A stretch of 64,000 bases of DNA from Methyloligellaceae bacterium (GTDB lineage: Bacteria; Pseudomonadota; Alphaproteobacteria; Rhizobiales; CBDHHC01). A program made the translations under genes and the position numbers. The stretch lies in NCBI GenBank assembly GCA_965263345.1, contig CBDHHC010000005.1, positions 79,134 to 143,133 on the forward strand. The letters run 5' to 3'. Position 1 is the stretch's first letter. Each line of letters starts with the position of its first letter. Shown here one piece after another: positions 47,570 through 56,847 of the stretch. The notes under the pieces are model-generated. The model did no database searches, had not been told where the DNA came from, and saw nothing but the letters and a program-made list of their open reading frames with translations.

Positions 47570-47812
47570 TTAGTCATATTTGCTGGCTTTGAGTTTTTCT
47601 GTGATCTGAATACCAATTCGTTCCCCTTGTACTATGACATCTGCCCTAGCAATTGGTACATTATTTGCTAATATTTCGACTTCGTCATTTTCCAGGGTAT
47701 CCAGTTCGATGACAGCTCCACGGCCCATACGCAAAAGTTGATTGACTGGCATTGAGGTTTTCCCAAGAATAACAGAGAGTTCTATTTCTACTGTATTCAC
47801 AGATGTATCCAT
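47570..47812 (-). CDS. fliN: FliN-family flagellar motor switch protein (SpoA domain)
   Basis: 80 aa. LSVILGKTSMPVNQLLRMGRGAVIELDTLENDEVEILANNVPIARADVIVQGERIGIQI is a typical FliN/SpoA domain. No other flagellar gene is in the window. Confidence 0.75.
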   Translation of the reverse strand: MDTSVNTVEIELSVILGKTSMPVNQLLRMGRGAVIELDTLENDEVEILANNVPIARADVIVQGERIGIQITEKLKASKYD

Positions 47813-47934
47813 AGAAAAGTTCCTATATTGAATTTCATTTCCAGATCAATTATTTAAATACGCGGCGGCAACGCTAAACCTTATGCCTAACCGCGAAACT
47901 CAATAATGATAGAATCGCTTATATAAGTTACTGC

Positions 47935-48627
47935 TTGGTAAAAAAGTTTATGAAAATCGACAAATCTCATAATAATCTGCTCCCCGAGTTAGAATGGAAG
48001 ATAAGCGACCAATTGGTTCCTTATGATCTTGCACTTCAAGATATGGAAAAACGTGTGGAGTCTATTGCCCAAGGTACTGAAAGTGAATGTATTTGGTTAT
48101 TAGAACATCCACCAATCTATACAGCTGGAACAAGCGCAAACCCACAGGATCTTATCCATCCAGATCGTTTTCCAATCCACAAAACTGGTCGTGGCGGACA
48201 ATATACTTACCATGGACCAGGACAACGGATAGCATATGTTATGCTAAACCTTAAGAAAAGAAATCCAGATATTAAGGCTTTTATTTTTAAGTTAGAAGAG
48301 TGGATAATTAATACTTTACAAGACTTTAATATTAAAGGGGAACGCCGTGAAGGACGGGTTGGTGTATGGGTTGCGAGGCCTGAACTTGGAATTGAACGCG
48401 AGGATAAGATTGCTGCAATAGGCATCCGTATCCGAAAATGGGTTACGTTTCACGGAATCGCAATAAATATTGACCCTGAACTTGATCATTACAAAGGTAT
48501 TGTACCATGTGGAATAAATACTCATGGTGTCACTAGTCTTGTGGATTTAGGACAGCTTATTTCTATGGAAGAGTTTGATATTAGCCTTAAACGTAACTTT
48601 GGACTTATTTTTAATCCAGAGAATTAA
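47935..48627 (+). CDS. lipB: Lipoyl(octanoyl) transferase
   Basis: [44 protein letters not shown] and PCGI motifs. The start could be TTG 47935 or ATG 47950. Confidence 0.92.
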   Translation: MVKKFMKIDKSHNNLLPELEWKISDQLVPYDLALQDMEKRVESIAQGTESECIWLLEHPPIYTAGTSANPQDLIHPDRFPIHKTGRGGQYTYHGPGQRIAYVMLNLKKRNPDIKAFIFKLEEWIINTLQDFNIKGERREGRVGVWVARPELGIEREDKIAAIGIRIRKWVTFHGIAINIDPELDHYKGIVPCGINTHGVTSLVDLGQLISMEEFDISLKRNFGLIFNPEN

Positions 48628-48650
48628 AATAATTCAAATGGATATAGTTA

Positions 48651-49295
48651 TTAGGGGTATTCCTCTGCTATTTCTTTTGCTGCTTCAATCTCCTTCAGCT
48701 CTCCAACAGCTTGTTCTAGAATTTGCATAGAAGAGCTTAAGAATAACCATGCCATGATGCCTGCTACGAGTAAATCTGGTGAGCCAGATTGAGTCAACCA
48801 AACAGCAATTGCCGCGATCATGACCGCAATATTTCCTATGGCATCATTACGAGAACATAACCAAACGGATCGTACATTGGAATCTCCATTCTTATATTTC
48901 ATGAGGAGCAAAACACTCAAAAGATTTGTAAGTAATGCAAGAATACTTACGACTCCCATAATATTTGCTTGTGGGACATCTAGTATTAATAATTGATATG
49001 CCGTGGAACCACATACCCAAAGCCCCATTAAAAACAGGCTTAGGCTTTTTAGTAATGCTGTATACACCCTTGTTTTTACTGATGCGCCGATGACTGCTAA
49101 TGAAAGTCCGTATGTTATCGCATCTGCAAAAAAATCTAGGGCATCAGCTTGTAATGCCTGGGACTTTGCGATGTGTCCTGCACTCATTTCAATGCAAAAC
49201 ATGCTTGCATTTAAGACTATAATAACCCAGAGACGACGTTTGTAATCAGCTGAAATACCATCAAATTTTATTTTCTGGCCACAACAAGATCCCAT
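48651..49295 (-). CDS. Cation diffusion facilitator family transporter (membrane domain only)
   Basis: 214 aa with 6 TM helices. CDF motifs: SQALQADALDFFADAITY and RNDAIGNIAVMIAA. Confidence 0.8.
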   Translation of the reverse strand: MGSCCGQKIKFDGISADYKRRLWVIIVLNASMFCIEMSAGHIAKSQALQADALDFFADAITYGLSLAVIGASVKTRVYTALLKSLSLFLMGLWVCGSTAYQLLILDVPQANIMGVVSILALLTNLLSVLLLMKYKNGDSNVRSVWLCSRNDAIGNIAVMIAAIAVWLTQSGSPDLLVAGIMAWLFLSSSMQILEQAVGELKEIEAAKEIAEEYP

Positions 49296-49600
49296 AAGTT
49301 ACTCCGGATCGCAATAAAATAAGTTAAATATATAAAACTATACATGTATAGATAAATAAATTACAAGATAAATCAATATTATATTACATATATGCACATA
49401 TTGATTTTAAAGACATTAGTTGTTTTGGATTTAATAAAAAAATCTTTACAATATACAACTGAAAAATCTATTACCTATCTTAAGAACCAAAGTTCTTAAG
49501 ATAAAAGATACTATTTTTTCAAGGATATTTACTTGTTGCAAACTATTATTATTTGCACACCTAAATCAGAGTATTGGAATGCAGTAATTTGTATCTATAT

Positions 49601-50602
49601 TTAAGCCGCCAAATCAATTAAAGGCTTTAATGACTTATCAATGTTATTTGATTTTGATTTTAGAAATTGGACCAATGTGCGTTCATTATGGTTTAATTCT
49701 CCATTAACACCTATACGTCCAACTAACCAAGACGCGCTTTCTTTGTGACTTTGTTCTCCAACAATGAGAGACCTTTTTTCGCGTTCCAGATTTTCAAGCT
49801 CAATTTCTGCTTCTGATGGTCTGTAATAAGATTGGCTCAATGCCTCAAATCCATATGAAATCATCTGCTGCATAAAACCGACTATTCCCAGGGACTCATG
49901 CAACCATATTTCCTTGCAAAGAGCCTCTGCGCGGTGAGGAACTTGATAGTCAGAGCCTGCCATCACATGGTTTGCCATTGCTTTTACAAATAGTTCGGAC
50001 CAACCCACATGGTTTTGGACATGTTCTGCAGAATCATTGATATCAATAAGAATTTCTGCTTCAGTGCGAGAGATTGGAACATTACCTTCTCCCCCATATG
50101 CCATAAGCATTCTGCGCATCATTTGAACTTCTGTATCGAGTAGGACACCTTTACCTATTGTTGTACCTTCTCTTAACGTTCCCGATGCATTCACAACGGC
50201 ATTGCGAATTTGGCCTAGAGCAAAGTGAATTAGAGTTTCTGGGCTCCAGGTTGCTTCTTCTAAGACATTGATGACTACTTCAAGTTCAGAGATTGTTTCA
50301 ATGCGACCATTATATGAAATATTGTCTATAAGCCAGTTTGCATTATCTACAGTCACATAGCCTTCTGGCATCATATCGTAAACGACATAATCAGTCAGTG
50401 TATTTACAAGAAGTGTATGCCATGATGTATCAGCAAAAATAATTGAATGATGCAGATCCAACAATAGATCTACATTAATCTCGCTTACGATACTTTCTTT
50501 GAAAAACGTTTCTTCTAGATATTCAACTACATTTGATGTGATACAGCCTGATTGTTTTACTTTTTCAAGTACATCAAGTGTCTGCTGCGATATCATACTC
50601 AT
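49601..50602 (-). CDS. Hypothetical cytoplasmic protein with three TerB-like (I..EA.WL...I..DG) segments
   Basis: 333 aa with no TM helix or signal. Repeated segments: VTVDNANWLIDNISYNGRIETISELEVV, ISRTEAEILIDINDS and ESASWLVGRIGVNGELNHNERTLV. The family assignment is tentative. Confidence 0.35.
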   Translation of the reverse strand: MSMISQQTLDVLEKVKQSGCITSNVVEYLEETFFKESIVSEINVDLLLDLHHSIIFADTSWHTLLVNTLTDYVVYDMMPEGYVTVDNANWLIDNISYNGRIETISELEVVINVLEEATWSPETLIHFALGQIRNAVVNASGTLREGTTIGKGVLLDTEVQMMRRMLMAYGGEGNVPISRTEAEILIDINDSAEHVQNHVGWSELFVKAMANHVMAGSDYQVPHRAEALCKEIWLHESLGIVGFMQQMISYGFEALSQSYYRPSEAEIELENLEREKRSLIVGEQSHKESASWLVGRIGVNGELNHNERTLVQFLKSKSNNIDKSLKPLIDLAA

Positions 50603-50805
50603 ACTCCCACACTCAAAACGCCTTACAAAAGTGGGAAACTTATATTACTCGCCCCTACTTTTAGAATACTCAATATACCATGCGCTGGTTTAGATTTAAC
50701 TAAACCGTCGTCAATATATTATTCACAAATAGTGCGAGAAAGTTAACACAGTGTTTCCAATTGTGTTGTTACAGGTTAAATTCTCGGCTTCTTGGTAAAA
50801 AAAGT

Positions 50806-52698
50806 TTAAGGTGTGCCGTTTTCTCCAATCAGCACCCAAATTCTCATATTATAATTTAGCACTTTATTTTCTTGCATTTTCCCGCTGAGCTGCTCAACGA
50901 GAAGTGATACGGGATATTTTGATCCATTAGCTGGGAATAATATAGGTTTTTTCTTTTTTTCTTTTGTTTTTTCTTGCTTTTTCGTCAAGCTTGAAACCTT
51001 ATTTAGCATTTCTTGGATATTATATTGAGAAATTACTTCTTTATTCTCTTTCAATTTTAGAGAGGTCGGAGACCATTCCAAGGACAAATTCTGATTATTG
51101 ATTGTTCCAATTTGATCTATATATGGACACGTATTTTTCTTCTTTTTTTCTGTTTTATTATTGTTGCACCCTCTGAGACTAACATATTTAGTAAATGGTC
51201 CAGAAATATAGGCATACTCGTTTAAATCTATAGGCTCTGCCCTGTAGTTTTGCGAATAATAAATGTCCAGCTTGTTCTCTTTGGTTTTTAACTTATTCAA
51301 CCCAATAAATTTTATGATCTTGTTACCATTATGGTATGTTTTACTGTTATCCTTTATCGGAAATGGCGTATTGTTAAGATGAGTAAATAAAGAAGCTAAA
51401 CGATCTAACTGACCTTCTCGACTCAGATAAAATAATATTGACCTAATACGTTTTAAATCCTTTGCAGAGATTTTTTTGTCTTCATGTTCTATAAGCTGAA
51501 TTTTCTCATTTTTTAGAATGCCGTTACTCTCTAATAGAATTTTCAGTTTTGAAACCTGGCTTATTGCTCCGATATTTCGTGCACTCCAAGGCCCAAGAGA
51601 TGAAAACACAAGCATAATGCATAGTAGCCCAACTATTATTCTGAAATCACGCCTTTCACGTTTGATACTATAAAGAAGTGCTAATATTGATAACCACACC
51701 CCAGCCATGACGACGAGATAACGCGATGTTGTCCAGCCATATTGATCAATACGTTGATACACAGCTAACACTAACAGAATAATTGGAACGATTGTGAGTA
51801 AGAACCAATAACGCCAGAAGAATGTGATGATAGGACCACCAGAGAAACGTGTTGGAAACGCAAATAGTACAGTTATTGTCCCAATAGCGCCATATGCTAG
51901 TACCATAGAACCTAATATACCTTTTGGTAAAACACCATCTATTAGTATTTTTATAGTGTAGGCATATAGAATAGCGGTATAAGCTAGCAGTAAAGGAACA
52001 AGAATAAATTTAACAATCATTGCAATTGCAGCTGAGGTAAACTCAGTTTGTTTTCCTTCAACGACGGCTTCATCAAATTTTTTGGGTATAAAAGATAACC
52101 AGGCTAATGGGAAAATGTACCCTAACCCAATAATCCATATATCAGTGAATAAATCTCGAGGAACTTTAATTCCAAAAAGCTGGTTAATTGTCTCTAGAAT
52201 CAAACTAAACCCACCAGCAAATAATATTCCTGCTAATACAGCGAGTGCATAACCTAACCATAGGTGATGATTATATAACCAAAATTCTGCTTCTTTTGAT
52301 TGATGATCAGTATATGGTGCTAAACTTAACAATATTATTAAAGCGGGTAGGAAGAGAACATAGTTAAACCCTAAATTGTCTGGGAATGTATGAAGTAAAG
52401 CTACACTTATCAACCCTGTTATGACAATTCCAATCCGGGCAATTTTATTCAGCCCACTTTTTTGAGAAAACAGGCTGACAGATAATGTCCAAAAGAAGCC
52501 CGATATCAATGCTAAAGATACACGGATTGTTTCATCACCCTGCAATCCTAAGTCTTTATCTAATTCAAATACATGAAAAAGGGTGAAAATTCCCGCAATA
52601 AGAGTCTCAAGTGGGAATCTTCGAATAGACCCTGCAATATCAAAGATTATATGGGTTATTGAGCTATGCTGTTTTATTGCTTCTTGTGACATTATCAT
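50806..52698 (-). CDS. Polytopic membrane protein with a soluble C-terminal domain (DUF4153-like)
   Basis: 630 aa. About 11 hydrophobic helices fill the first ~380 aa, ending in LGPWSARNIGAISQVSKLKILL. A Lys-rich soluble tail follows. The DUF4153 label is from recall only. Confidence 0.45.
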   Translation of the reverse strand: MIMSQEAIKQHSSITHIIFDIAGSIRRFPLETLIAGIFTLFHVFELDKDLGLQGDETIRVSLALISGFFWTLSVSLFSQKSGLNKIARIGIVITGLISVALLHTFPDNLGFNYVLFLPALIILLSLAPYTDHQSKEAEFWLYNHHLWLGYALAVLAGILFAGGFSLILETINQLFGIKVPRDLFTDIWIIGLGYIFPLAWLSFIPKKFDEAVVEGKQTEFTSAAIAMIVKFILVPLLLAYTAILYAYTIKILIDGVLPKGILGSMVLAYGAIGTITVLFAFPTRFSGGPIITFFWRYWFLLTIVPIILLVLAVYQRIDQYGWTTSRYLVVMAGVWLSILALLYSIKRERRDFRIIVGLLCIMLVFSSLGPWSARNIGAISQVSKLKILLESNGILKNEKIQLIEHEDKKISAKDLKRIRSILFYLSREGQLDRLASLFTHLNNTPFPIKDNSKTYHNGNKIIKFIGLNKLKTKENKLDIYYSQNYRAEPIDLNEYAYISGPFTKYVSLRGCNNNKTEKKKKNTCPYIDQIGTINNQNLSLEWSPTSLKLKENKEVISQYNIQEMLNKVSSLTKKQEKTKEKKKKPILFPANGSKYPVSLLVEQLSGKMQENKVLNYNMRIWVLIGENGTP

Positions 52699-52732
52699 CT
52701 CATAAGTTTGGTATTAGATGATATATGGGACA

Positions 52733-54604
52733 TTATTTGTATTTTCTAAGTATCCTTCTGGCCTTTTTTAAGATCGCATCTGCAATAACTGCATGGCCTT
52801 CTGCAGTAGGGTGGAACGAACCACCATAAGTGCCTGCGTAAATAAGCTGAAACTGGTTAAGGTTTTTTGTTCTCCAAAACTTTCTTATCAGTTGGCGCTT
52901 AGTATGTTGATGTGTTCCCATATATACATCATTCGGAGTTCTTATCCATCTTTGGCGAGAAGCATATGGACGATAATCAGCTGGATTATATAGTTTCCAT
53001 CCTTCACCATTTTTTTTCGGAATGCCAAATAATTCTTCTAACTTATCTTTATTTTGTTCGTCATAAGCACAAAATCCATGTTTAGCAAAGGCTTCCCTAT
53101 GTTCATCCACAAAGGTCCATTTATTTTGCTTTGCTTTGCTTTTCATAACTTCATTAAGTTTTTTAGCAAATACTTCACCGGCTCGAACTCGCTTTGAGTT
53201 GGTTTTAAAAATAGGATGCAAATCCATGCCTTTTGCACCATCAGGGCAAATTGTTTTTCCATCCTGCATATATCCCATTTTTGGATAAGCCGTTAAAATC
53301 ACACGATCAGCCTGGTTCCATGGTACATGCAAAATAATATGCAAGGCTCTCTTTAAGGCTTTGTAACGTAGCTTGAGTTGTTCTAACCTTCTTTCAGCAT
53401 GTTTGGGTTTATATATTTGCCCCATCCAACCACCAAGTTGTTTTAGAGCACTTGCATCGCTTAAAATCGCGTTGGCCACGAGACGTGAAAAGCCAACATC
53501 ATTCCCACCAATTGAGAGAAGCACTAGATCAATATTTCGATGATGCCTTTTTTTCTTGTTACAATGATAAAGTCCTAAATTCTCCAACTCGGGCAATTTA
53601 TTGCCATATGTAAATGTAGTTGTATAAGTTCTATATTCTGGTGGGTTTGGTCCGCATGCTGCTCTAGCAGCAGCTCCAATTTGGGATGTATCGGGTGTAT
53701 ATTTTACCCACTCATTACCTTTATATCTGTCCAGAAGCCCTATAATCGCTTCGGCTCCTGAACAAGCAAACCCTGCAAAGGTTACAGCTCTTTGTTTACT
53801 TTCAAGAGCCAATTGTAAAGCGACCCTTAGCTGATGGGAATATAGAGAACGGTGACAAGACCGGCTTTGCCAACGAGCCCTTCTTTTATTAAAAAAGCTA
53901 TCACCTACCCATAACCAACGCCCTACTCGTGTGGGATAATGTTTTAATTTCACTTTCTTTTTTGCTCGTCCATAATCTGCAGAGCGTTTTTCTGAGAAGA
54001 CCACCGGCTTGTCTGGGTTGCCCTCACCAGATCCAAAAGAATCTCCCAGCCCTACAATAAATAGGTCTGTCACCTTAATTCTTTTTGAGGTTATGAGTTT
54101 TCCAGATTGTTCTACTTTTAAATTTCCTCCGCTGGGATAGGGAACCTCTATCTTTATCTCATCACTACAATTAGAGGTTTTTTGGGAGTGAATTTTTGTT
54201 TTACCAACATAAAGTTTCCAGGTACATTTTTCATTGGTGACATTTGAATTTTTTAGACTTGCAATAATAATATGGGACTTTGGATGTAAGTAATCTTTCT
54301 TTTTACCTTTACAATTATTGTACCTCTGTTTTTTGTTATCCCAGCACGTTGCCTTATACATCTCTTTTGCCCAACCATAGGGATATTTTTCAGATAGACG
54401 TCGTTCAATATTTAGAATGGGAGCTTCCATTTCCTCTTGAGATAGTTTTTCATATTCCTCCTGATGCACCTTCGTATTTTGAGGATCAAGAAACATCCGA
54501 AAACTATTCTCTAATTTCCATTCAATTGAAGGAGATGCTATTGCAATCTTGTTGAATGTTATGGAAATTAGAGCCAAGATGATTATTATAAATTTTTTAC
54601 TCAT
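52733..54604 (-). CDS. Secreted SGNH/GDSL-family hydrolase with a long N-terminal extension
   Basis: 623 aa with a signal peptide. Block I VGLGDSFGSGEG, CHRSLYS, ACSGAEA, block III LLSIGGNDVGF and block V FHPTAEGHAVIAD. Confidence 0.7.
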   Translation of the reverse strand: MSKKFIIIILALISITFNKIAIASPSIEWKLENSFRMFLDPQNTKVHQEEYEKLSQEEMEAPILNIERRLSEKYPYGWAKEMYKATCWDNKKQRYNNCKGKKKDYLHPKSHIIIASLKNSNVTNEKCTWKLYVGKTKIHSQKTSNCSDEIKIEVPYPSGGNLKVEQSGKLITSKRIKVTDLFIVGLGDSFGSGEGNPDKPVVFSEKRSADYGRAKKKVKLKHYPTRVGRWLWVGDSFFNKRRARWQSRSCHRSLYSHQLRVALQLALESKQRAVTFAGFACSGAEAIIGLLDRYKGNEWVKYTPDTSQIGAAARAACGPNPPEYRTYTTTFTYGNKLPELENLGLYHCNKKKRHHRNIDLVLLSIGGNDVGFSRLVANAILSDASALKQLGGWMGQIYKPKHAERRLEQLKLRYKALKRALHIILHVPWNQADRVILTAYPKMGYMQDGKTICPDGAKGMDLHPIFKTNSKRVRAGEVFAKKLNEVMKSKAKQNKWTFVDEHREAFAKHGFCAYDEQNKDKLEELFGIPKKNGEGWKLYNPADYRPYASRQRWIRTPNDVYMGTHQHTKRQLIRKFWRTKNLNQFQLIYAGTYGGSFHPTAEGHAVIADAILKKARRILRKYK

Positions 54605-54628
54605 ATCACCACCCCATAAGAAAATTAT

Positions 54629-55480
54629 TTAAAATGCACCAAATGCACTCGCTCGCCAATACCTCCATAACCTATAGAGAGGGTTGATTTGAGATACATT
54701 TCTTAACACTTTATGATCTTTAGACTTTAGCTGCTTTATATAAGACGAAATCAATGCTATTGGCAAAAAAGAAGAATGCATTGTATCTGGAATATTGTGC
54801 ATTTCTGTTGATAATTTTTTATATTGATTTTCCGAGACTGTGCAAAATTCTCTAATTAATTCTCTAAGACCCTGTGTTTCTTCACCACTGAAAACTTTCT
54901 CCATGTCAATGTTATATTGTTTTAGTTTATCAGCAGGCAAAAATAGACGTCCTTTTGATAGATGATTGGGTATTGATTTTAGTAACATGGCTAAACCGTA
55001 AGCCTGTCCAGCCTCCAAGGCGAATTCGTTTATATGCTTAGAACCTGATGGGTCTAAAATACATCCTGAGATGTAAAATGATGTTCCAAAAGTCTTATTT
55101 AAATAAATTTGGAGGGCTTTTTCATCTGGCATCAGCTCGCCTGACAAAAGGAAACTTGTTGCATCAATGAATGCAATTAGTCTCATTTTTGGAAGATCAT
55201 ATTCTTCAATAATCTCGAACAAACCATCCGCCAGAGGATTTCCTGACTTTTTGCCATCTCCTTGATTAAGAATATCCCTCCACCATTGGAAACGGATCTC
55301 ACCAAGAATAGGCTCACTTACAAGATCTGGAATTTTTTGGATGTCTTGAAAAAATGTGTAAAGTGTAAGTAAAGCAGCCTGTTTTTCTTTTGGTGCAAAA
55401 TAAGTAGAGATATAACGATCAGGATCATACTCGCGAAGTATATCTATAGAATATGACTGATTGTTTTCCATCGCGATCAT
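54629..55480 (-). CDS. Squalene/phytoene synthase-family protein (NDUFAF6-like)
   Basis: 283 aa with an isoprenoid-synthase-like helical fold (YTFFQDIQKIPD..., RFQWWRD). The position after secDF and an Mth938-like gene matches a widespread alphaproteobacterial arrangement. Confidence 0.7.
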   Translation of the reverse strand: MIAMENNQSYSIDILREYDPDRYISTYFAPKEKQAALLTLYTFFQDIQKIPDLVSEPILGEIRFQWWRDILNQGDGKKSGNPLADGLFEIIEEYDLPKMRLIAFIDATSFLLSGELMPDEKALQIYLNKTFGTSFYISGCILDPSGSKHINEFALEAGQAYGLAMLLKSIPNHLSKGRLFLPADKLKQYNIDMEKVFSGEETQGLRELIREFCTVSENQYKKLSTEMHNIPDTMHSSFLPIALISSYIKQLKSKDHKVLRNVSQINPLYRLWRYWRASAFGAF

Positions 55481-55483
55481 TTA

Positions 55484-55867
55484 TTATTCAACAGGTAGAA
55501 CAGCTACCCCTACTGGTCGCTTTTCTGCGAGCAAAACATTATATGTTCTACAGGCGGCGCCTGTATTCATAACATCAAGACCCAAATTTGCTTCGTTAAA
55601 TGCCTCTTGAATTTCTTTTGATACAAAAGACTGATCTATACCAGTTCCCAGTAATAAAAACTCAAAAGAATCAGCTTCGCTCAAGATTCTGGAAAAATCA
55701 TCCAACATGAGATTCTCGAGGTTTTGCACAGTCCAGGCATAAACTCCACTCGGGAGGCAAATTAAGCCTCCTTTATGACTCATGTCAGCGAAACGAAAAC
55801 CACCATTACCATATGTATCAATTTTCACCTGATAAGGATAGTATGCTTCGCTGATGTTTTTTGTCAT
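55484..55867 (-). CDS. Mth938-like (DUF498, NDUFAF3-like) protein
   Basis: The preferred start is ATG 55867 (MTKNISEAYYPYQVKIDTYGNGGFRFADM...). The longer track ORF (to 55933) would overlap secF. It ends GAACRTYNVLLAEKRPVGVAVLPV. Confidence 0.7.
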   Translation of the reverse strand: MTKNISEAYYPYQVKIDTYGNGGFRFADMSHKGGLICLPSGVYAWTVQNLENLMLDDFSRILSEADSFEFLLLGTGIDQSFVSKEIQEAFNEANLGLDVMNTGAACRTYNVLLAEKRPVGVAVLPVE

Positions 55868-55878
55868 ATGTTTTTGCG

Positions 55879-56835
55879 TTATACACTTGCAGAAAGAGGT
55901 TGTTTTGGCTTTGGTCCACCAACCCCGCTCCAATCTCTCTTAACACCCAGCATTAATAATACAGGTGAGGCGATGAATATTGATGAGTAAGTACCAATAA
56001 CCACTCCCCAGATCATCGCAAAAATAAAGCCACGTAGGACCTCACCACCAAATATGTATAATGAAAACAGAGCAATCAATGTTGTTACTGACGTTAAAAT
56101 TGTTCGCGATAAGGTTTCATTAATTGATAAATTCATTAATTCAACCAAATCCATTTTCTTATACTTGCGAAGATTTTCACGTATTCTGTCAAAAACAACC
56201 ACGGTATCATTGAGCGAGTATCCAATGATCGTTAGGAGGGCGGCAATAATTGAAAGCCCAAATTCAAGACCTAAAAGTGAGAAAATTCCAATTGTCAAAA
56301 CAACATCGTGCACAAGTGCAGCAACAGCACCCAGAGAGAATTGCCATTCAAAGCGGAACCAAATGTATAAAAGGACACATAATATTGCAACAACCACAGC
56401 TATTGTCCCAGACTCTTTTAATTCTTCTGAAACTGTTGGCCCAACGACTTCGGTACGACGATAGTCATAACTATCACCAAGTTTCTCCTGAATAGATTTA
56501 ACAGCATCTTGTTGAGCTTTATCTCCACCGGGCTGACGTTCCACACGGATCAGGGCTTCACTGGGTTGTCCGAAAGTTTGCACCTGAACCTCACCTAAAT
56601 TTAAATTAGATGTTGTTGACCGTACATCACTTAGATCCACAGGCTTTTTATCTTTTGTGCCAATTTCAATCAGAATACCACCACGAAAGTCAATTCCGAA
56701 GTTTAATCCTTTTGAAAAAAACAAAGCTAAAGAAAAGAGAATGAATGCACATGAAGCGACAAGAAACATTTGTCTGTATCCCAAAAAAGGGATGCTTGTG
56801 CCCTCAGGCATTAATTTTATACCTTTCCAAGACAT
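55879..56835 (-). CDS. secF: Protein translocase subunit SecF
   Basis: 318 aa. GIDFRGG motif, 6 TM helices, and a position downstream of secD. Confidence 0.92.
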   Translation of the reverse strand: MSWKGIKLMPEGTSIPFLGYRQMFLVASCAFILFSLALFFSKGLNFGIDFRGGILIEIGTKDKKPVDLSDVRSTTSNLNLGEVQVQTFGQPSEALIRVERQPGGDKAQQDAVKSIQEKLGDSYDYRRTEVVGPTVSEELKESGTIAVVVAILCVLLYIWFRFEWQFSLGAVAALVHDVVLTIGIFSLLGLEFGLSIIAALLTIIGYSLNDTVVVFDRIRENLRKYKKMDLVELMNLSINETLSRTILTSVTTLIALFSLYIFGGEVLRGFIFAMIWGVVIGTYSSIFIASPVLLMLGVKRDWSGVGGPKPKQPLSASV

Positions 56836-56847
56836 CTTTTTATCTCC

